Shown here: piece by piece, positions 59,166 through 64,000 of the stretch
Position numbering within the stretch: the stretch's first letter is position 1
How the letters are laid out: every line of letters begins with the position of its first letter
Source of the DNA: an uncultured archaeon
GTDB taxonomy: Archaea > Iainarchaeota > Iainarchaeia > Iainarchaeales > JAAZKV01
Assembly (NCBI GenBank): GCA_964461205.1
Contig: CAYWUL010000002.1
Span: 17,779 to 81,778 of the forward strand
Direction of reading: 5' to 3'
Length of the DNA: 64,000 nucleotides
The notes under the pieces: model-generated
Databases searched by the model: none
Told to the model about the DNA's origin: nothing
The model's input: the letters and a program-made list of their open reading frames with translations, nothing else
Program-made: the position numbers and the translations under genes

Positions 59166-62100
59166 TGTATTACCCCGCTAATATTTCTTCCTGCAATACT
59201 TGCTTCATCCTTTCCAACATAATCAGTGATGTTTATTATATTATAAGTTGTCGCTGCTCCGGATTCATCTTCTATACGTAATTCCATTGTTCCATCTTGG
59301 TAACTTTCCAAACTAGCTCCAACAAATCTTGCCATAATATATCCATCTTCATACCAAACAACTATTTTTGGATTGCTAGATGCTAAATAAACTCTTGGGT
59401 TTCTAACTGTAGAACCAACATAACTCAAGATGTTATCAACTCTTTTAACTATAAACTTTGTGTTTTTTATAGGAGGAATTACAAACCGGCCCAGATTAAT
59501 ATTGATTGTTCCCTCTTCTCCTCCCGGGATTAGTTCAACTCTTCTTTGAGTATATTTTAAATAAGGTCTCACGTGGAATTCTAAATAATTTGTGTCTGGG
59601 TTTCCAGTAAAATTCATTTTTATTGAACTTATTCTTCCTGCAGGTAAATTAACATAGAATAAACCAAATGTGAATTCATCATCTCCCACATGTCCTTCTC
59701 CAAAGGTACTTCCAGTCTCACAAGTTTCATTTCCATCACTTGGTTCACAACTAAATGTTGGGTCAATTTTTAGATTTGTATTTGGAGTAACTTGTACTGT
59801 ATCTCCATTAGCATATGTTACTGTTATATTTCCATTAACTTTTGCACCAAATTTCTTAGGGATTCCAATGTATTCATTGTTAATATCGATGACTCTTATT
59901 TGTATTCTGTTAATCTCCCAAAATACTTGTCCTATTCCATTATCAAATTGTTCAACATTAAAATCAAATTCTAAATTAGAATAATTTCTGTCTGGCGTGT
60001 CCACAATTGGTAAATTCATCCCACGAGCTGTTATTGCATACCCTGTCCAAGCTGTATCTTTGTTTATGTCAACGATTTGTGTTTCAAAAGTATTTCCTGT
60101 TACAATAAGTGCAGCATTAAAATCTTCAGATGCATTAGCTGGATAATCATCTTTTAAATTATAACCCAATGCAGTCATATTTGCAAATGGTATTCCGTTG
60201 TCAGTAAAATCTTCAGATTGACAAAAATTTTCTATAAAAAAGTCGATTGTGTCTTCTGCATCTCCTTCTTCAACAAAATCAAACGAATCTCTCGAAATTT
60301 CAAAGCATTGAGAATTATTCTCTAAGTGAGCAGCCATGCTATCTGCAAGAGTGAATTTCTTTCCTGGACTAGCATCACTAAATTTTCCTGCCAAATAAAT
60401 TGGGAAGAAACCTAATATATCAGTAAAATTAGGGAATTCACTTGCATTAAAAGAAATATTTCTTCCTGTTAATTTGAAATCCATTGAAGCCCCGGCAGCA
60501 ATTTCTATCCCTGTTGTAGGATTACATGCTCCTCCACCAACAGATTTTTCACAAACAATTTCAGTGTCAATCCTTACTTTTGTTGCTCTATCACAATCAT
60601 TATATACAACAATTTCTTTTTGTTCATTCCAATTCATGAAAACTTCTTCATTACCAAGTTTGTCTTCTATTTGTAAACAAGCAAGACTTGCATCTGTCGC
60701 TCCGTGCGGAGAAGCGGTAAGTGTTTCATTTATGGGCTCAAATTGTTCTTCTATGGGAGTAACAATTACTTTTAAACAATCAAGGTGTGATTTAAAAGTT
60801 CCAAGTATTGTGTTTTCAAAATAGTTTCCAATTATTTGTGTTGGATTGTTTGTTAAATTAATTAAATAATCTGTTTCGTATAATCCATCACAATTAATAT
60901 CTGTTCTCATTAAAACACTTTGAATATTTGCAATAGTATCTCCACCAGTTGCCGGAATAATTCTTCCACTAAACAATTGATCAGAAACACTTGATAAGAA
61001 TTCGGCCGAAAGATTCAATTTGATTCCCATTGTGAATGCATCAATAAATGCGATAAATGTATTTCCGTCATATTGGGCTACAACAACAATATAATTATTT
61101 GAGTGTGGAGTATTTGTTGTTGCTTGAGTTATATATGTTTTTGAAGAATATTTTTGAACAAAAACATTGCTTGCTAATACTTTTTCTTTAGAAGTATCGC
61201 CATCAAACGTAATATATCCTGAACCGGGGTTTGCTGGATTAAAAGTATTTGGATTCCCAATATATGAATAAACTTTTACATCAAGATCATTTATTGGCGA
61301 ATCAGAACTATTGTATAGTGTAACTGAAAGGGAATTGTTTGTATCAGCTTCAAATTCAGCGGTTTTTATTTCTTGGCTTTCAAAGAAATCAATTACTTGT
61401 CCTTCTAAATTAATACTCATTCTAAAACCATTTCTAAAGGGTTCTCCAATTTTGATTCTTTTTTCTTTTAATCTTGTTTCCGTACTTATATTTCCATGAG
61501 TGTCTTTTGCTCTGTAATTAAAGACAACTTCTTCATTAACATCTCCATCTACCTCAAACCTTGCAACAAAAGAATAAACTCCTTTTTTCAGAGAACTATT
61601 TGACCATTTATATCCTGATTGTATGTCCGGGGTTGAATCACAACCAGTCCCAACAGGGAAATAATATGTTTCAGTATGTAATAAATTAGTATCCTTACTT
61701 TGAGTACTACAACTGAATGCATCTGCTTTTTCTAAGTATTGATTTCTAAAATCGATATTTGTTATTTTTGCATTGCCCACTCTAATCATTGATAATAATG
61801 TTTGATAATTCAAGTCTTTTGCAAGCAAAGCATCAAAGCGAACATAATAACTATTTCCGTCATTCAAAATAAAGGCGGTTGATACGTCACTCCAATAATT
61901 GTCTCCTGGTGCATAAATTTCTCTAAACATCACCATTACATTTCCATCAGTAGTGCAACCATCATCAATTCCATTACAATCATTGGCTGGGATTTTGTAC
62001 AATTTTTTTGTAACAGAATTAATTCCTGTTTGTAAAGGAGTTTCTTTTCCATTCAATTCTATTATGTCTGGTAAATATCCTGGTGCGTTAATACTTATCA

Positions 62101-64000
62101 ATAACTTTGATTCTTTTTCATACGAATTACTCAAGAACTTGCCACTTGCATAAGAAATTTTTTCAGCAAAAACTAAGTCCTCAAAACTATCATCATTTGA
62201 ATAATATACATTTACATCGGCTTGTGCAATACTATTAATTGTTTGATTTGTTATAATGTCTTTTAATAACAATTCAATTTGACTAACTTCTAAATTAAGT
62301 TTTATTTTAAAGTTAATTGTTTGTCCAACATCCAGACCTTTTTTTGGAGTAACTCCTGAAAAAACTCCTCCTTTTGCAGCCGAAGCAGAATAATAATTTC
62401 CTGGCCCGGCAGGGAGGTCTATAATTTGGGTCTTTCCTTGGTTATTAGTTAGTTTTCCTCCTTTTGGAACAGGAATTTTTCCAATTTCTTTTCCAGCATC
62501 GCTAATTGAGAAATAAATATATGTTGTTGCATTTTCTAAAGGTCTATTGTTGTCGCCAGCAACAACTTCTATTCCTGCAGAACCGCTAGTTTGTGGTAAT
62601 GACTTATCTACAGTAATTGTTTCTGGCCCACCTGTTGACGTGAAAAAAGTTGGTTTAAATATTTTGTATACATATCCGACTGCTTTTGCAATAACAAGTA
62701 AATTTCCATCTTCTCTTGCTGAAAGACCAGTCAATTTGTAAAACCCATTTTCATCAGAGTGTGTTGGTGCTGATCCCTCAAACAAAGGAGTCCCATTACT
62801 CCCAATCCCACTTTGTGAATTTCCATCTTTAACCAACCAAAGCAAGGCAACTTCAGCATTTCCCAAAACGTTTGTGTCTTGTGCGCCCATTAATTTAAAA
62901 TAAATTCTTCGTTGTTCATTAACTGGAATTTCTTCCAACTCAATTTCTAAATAACTCTGTTGATCAACAACAATGTCAACAGAATAATTATTATCTGGAG
63001 TAATTGCATAATAGTTGTCATCCATTATTGTAATAACATAATGGCCAGCACTCAATTCTTTTGTAGCGTTTCCTCCAGTAACTGAAACTGCTGAATCAGT
63101 GGTTCCGTCATTAGCAACAAATGTTACTGTTATTCCACTCAAAGAAGTTTGTTTGTTAGTTCCTTTTTTGAACAATCTTATTTTTGCTGTTCCTGTTGTT
63201 GGTGTTTCTTTTTCTGTTAATTCGACTGAATAAATATTTTCTGGGTTAACAATTTTTTCTGAAATGTTTTTAGCATCATAATCTGGAGACCATGCTTTTG
63301 TAACAACAAAATCACAATTAGTTTCGGTAAGAGTAAAAATTCCATCCAAAGAACCGTCAGTATTGTCTCTCACTGCGCGCTCTCCTTCTGTTAGAGTTTT
63401 GTTATCACATTTGAATTTTACATATGCTCTGTTTGAAGAATCAATAATAACTGCTTTGCTTTCTGAATTTTTTAAATTTACTCTTGCAGAGTTTGCAAAA
63501 GATGGTGGGGGTTCTGCTTCTGGTTCTAAATATAATTCTATTTCTGTAGAGTTATCGATTTGTTGATTTCGTAATTGTTGGTAACCATTTTTAGAAGCAT
63601 TTACAAAACCACTAAACTCATCTTCTCCACCAAACATTGATTGAAACAACATTCCATAAAAATTCTTTGCGGGCCCATTAATGGGAACAATGAGCATTCC
63701 TCCTGCATCAGTTCTATCCTCAAAAGGCTGGTCATTTATTACTCCACTTAATTGTACTCCAGCTAAGGAATCATTTGTTACAGAATCATAAGTATTAAAC
63801 ACAACATCATAGGGAGACGAATATTGGATTAAGTAACCAACAAGTATTACAAGGAACAAAATTACTAATAAAAAAACAATAAAACTTGGTATAACTTTGT
63901 CAATAGGATCGACTACTTTGTATACTGGAATTTTTGGATTTATCTTGTCTAATAGGGCATACCATTTGTCTTCAAAAAAGAAATAAGCTCCCCTTAATTT
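59162..64000 (-). CDS. Giant secreted/surface protein (>1565 aa). The 5' end is probably outside the window.
   Basis: The frame stays open to the window edge upstream of the called TTG. Upstream residues '...KVIPSFIVFLLVILFLVILVGYLIQ' form a signal-peptide-like hydrophobic core. Long beta-rich extracellular sequence. Confidence 0.55.
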   Translation of the reverse strand, partial: KLRGAYFFFEDKWYALLDKINPKIPVYKVVDPIDKVIPSFIVFLLVILFLVILVGYLIQYSSPYDVVFNTYDSVTNDSLAGVQLSGVINDQPFEDRTDAGGMLIVPINGPAKNFYGMLFQSMFGGEDEFSGFVNASKNGYQQLRNQQIDNSTEIELYLEPEAEPPPSFANSARVNLKNSESKAVIIDSSNRAYVKFKCDNKTLTEGERAVRDNTDGSLDGIFTLTETNCDFVVTKAWSPDYDAKNISEKIVNPENIYSVELTEKETPTTGTAKIRLFKKGTNKQTSLSGITVTFVANDGTTDSAVSVTGGNATKELSAGHYVITIMDDNYYAITPDNNYSVDIVVDQQSYLEIELEEIPVNEQRRIYFKLMGAQDTNVLGNAEVALLWLVKDGNSQSGIGSNGTPLFEGSAPTHSDENGFYKLTGLSAREDGNLLVIAKAVGYVYKIFKPTFFTSTGGPETITVDKSLPQTSGSAGIEVVAGDNNRPLENATTYIYFSISDAGKEIGKIPVPKGGKLTNNQGKTQIIDLPAGPGNYYSASAAKGGVFSGVTPKKGLDVGQTINFKIKLNLEVSQIELLLKDIITNQTINSIAQADVNVYYSNDDSFEDLVFAEKISYASGKFLSNSYEKESKLLISINAPGYLPDIIELNGKETPLQTGINSVTKKLYKIPANDCNGIDDGCTTDGNVMVMFREIYAPGDNYWSDVSTAFILNDGNSYYVRFDALLAKDLNYQTLLSMIRVGNAKITNIDFRNQYLEKADAFSCSTQSKDTNLLHTETYYFPVGTGCDSTPDIQSGYKWSNSSLKKGVYSFVARFEVDGDVNEEVVFNYRAKDTHGNISTETRLKEKRIKIGEPFRNGFRMSINLEGQVIDFFESQEIKTAEFEADTNNSLSVTLYNSSDSPINDLDVKVYSYIGNPNTFNPANPGSGYITFDGDTSKEKVLASNVFVQKYSSKTYITQATTNTPHSNNYIVVVAQYDGNTFIAFIDAFTMGIKLNLSAEFLSSVSDQLFSGRIIPATGGDTIANIQSVLMRTDINCDGLYETDYLINLTNNPTQIIGNYFENTILGTFKSHLDCLKVIVTPIEEQFEPINETLTASPHGATDASLACLQIEDKLGNEEVFMNWNEQKEIVVYNDCDRATKVRIDTEIVCEKSVGGGACNPTTGIEIAAGASMDFKLTGRNISFNASEFPNFTDILGFFPIYLAGKFSDASPGKKFTLADSMAAHLENNSQCFEISRDSFDFVEEGDAEDTIDFFIENFCQSEDFTDNGIPFANMTALGYNLKDDYPANASEDFNAALIVTGNTFETQIVDINKDTAWTGYAITARGMNLPIVDTPDRNYSNLEFDFNVEQFDNGIGQVFWEINRIQIRVIDINNEYIGIPKKFGAKVNGNITVTYANGDTVQVTPNTNLKIDPTFSCEPSDGNETCETGSTFGEGHVGDDEFTFGLFYVNLPAGRISSIKMNFTGNPDTNYLEFHVRPYLKYTQRRVELIPGGEEGTININLGRFVIPPIKNTKFIVKRVDNILSYVGSTVRNPRVYLASSNPKIVVWYEDGYIMARFVGASLESYQDGTMELRIEDESGAATTYNIINITDYVGKDEASIAGRNISGVIQ

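Noticed and set aside
1-64000. CRISPR arrays, rRNA or tRNA genes, and IS or transposase genes
   Set aside because: No regularly spaced direct repeats and no rRNA-like or cloverleaf-capable GC-rich segments were found by eye. No transposase or integrase-like ORFs were found. The only clear mobile element is the PorB intein.

Overview
This is a low-GC (~one third G+C by eye) archaeal chromosomal segment. The lineage marks are eukaryote-type r-proteins S3Ae and S13e/S15P, PolD DP1/DP2, Orc1/Cdc6, archaeal SepF, Bud32, Nog1, CarS and an archaeal-order secF-secD. Proteins are very Lys/Asn/Ile-rich, and large secreted or surface proteins sit at both window edges, suggesting a small-genome (DPANN-like) archaeon. 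No rRNA, tRNA or CRISPR array was found.

The dominant feature is a co-directional isoprenoid supercluster at about 5.2-21.1 kb. It holds a GGPP-type prenyl synthase, IDI-2, a GltD-like Fe-S flavoprotein, class-II HMG-CoA reductase, the HMG-CoA synthase / thiolase / DUF35 trio and mevalonate kinase. It also holds the UbiX + UbiD-like decarboxylase pair and the AcnX-like large and small subunits. This gene set matches the archaeal anhydromevalonate-phosphate route; it ends with isopentenyl-phosphate kinase. It is followed by a porGDAB pyruvate:ferredoxin oxidoreductase operon. PorB carries a canonical LAGLIDADG intein inside the TPP motif, and the operon is split by three small basic ORFs.

Further along are purF, dtdA, a fused ADP-forming acetyl-CoA synthetase, Dus, and a wHTH regulator divergent from grpE-dnaK-dnaJ with a perfect 19-bp palindrome between the two. 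Then come S13e/S3Ae, a DUF92-CarS-membrane protein trio, secF/secD, Nog1, and a replication island. The island runs DP1-DP2, convergent orc1/cdc6, then an AT-rich intergenic region with ORB-like repeats (candidate oriC) and sepF. An operon of three large secreted proteins, the last open at the window edge, closes the window.

Four things look unusual. (1) A 5' fragment of a second thiolase gene, written in GC-rich foreign-looking codons, sits directly in front of the thiolase. (2) A dispersed set of small Arg/Lys-rich, locally GC-elevated ORFs is threaded through otherwise conserved operons. (3) The POR operon is fragmented and carries the intein. (4) The complete MVA pathway is clustered in one locus.
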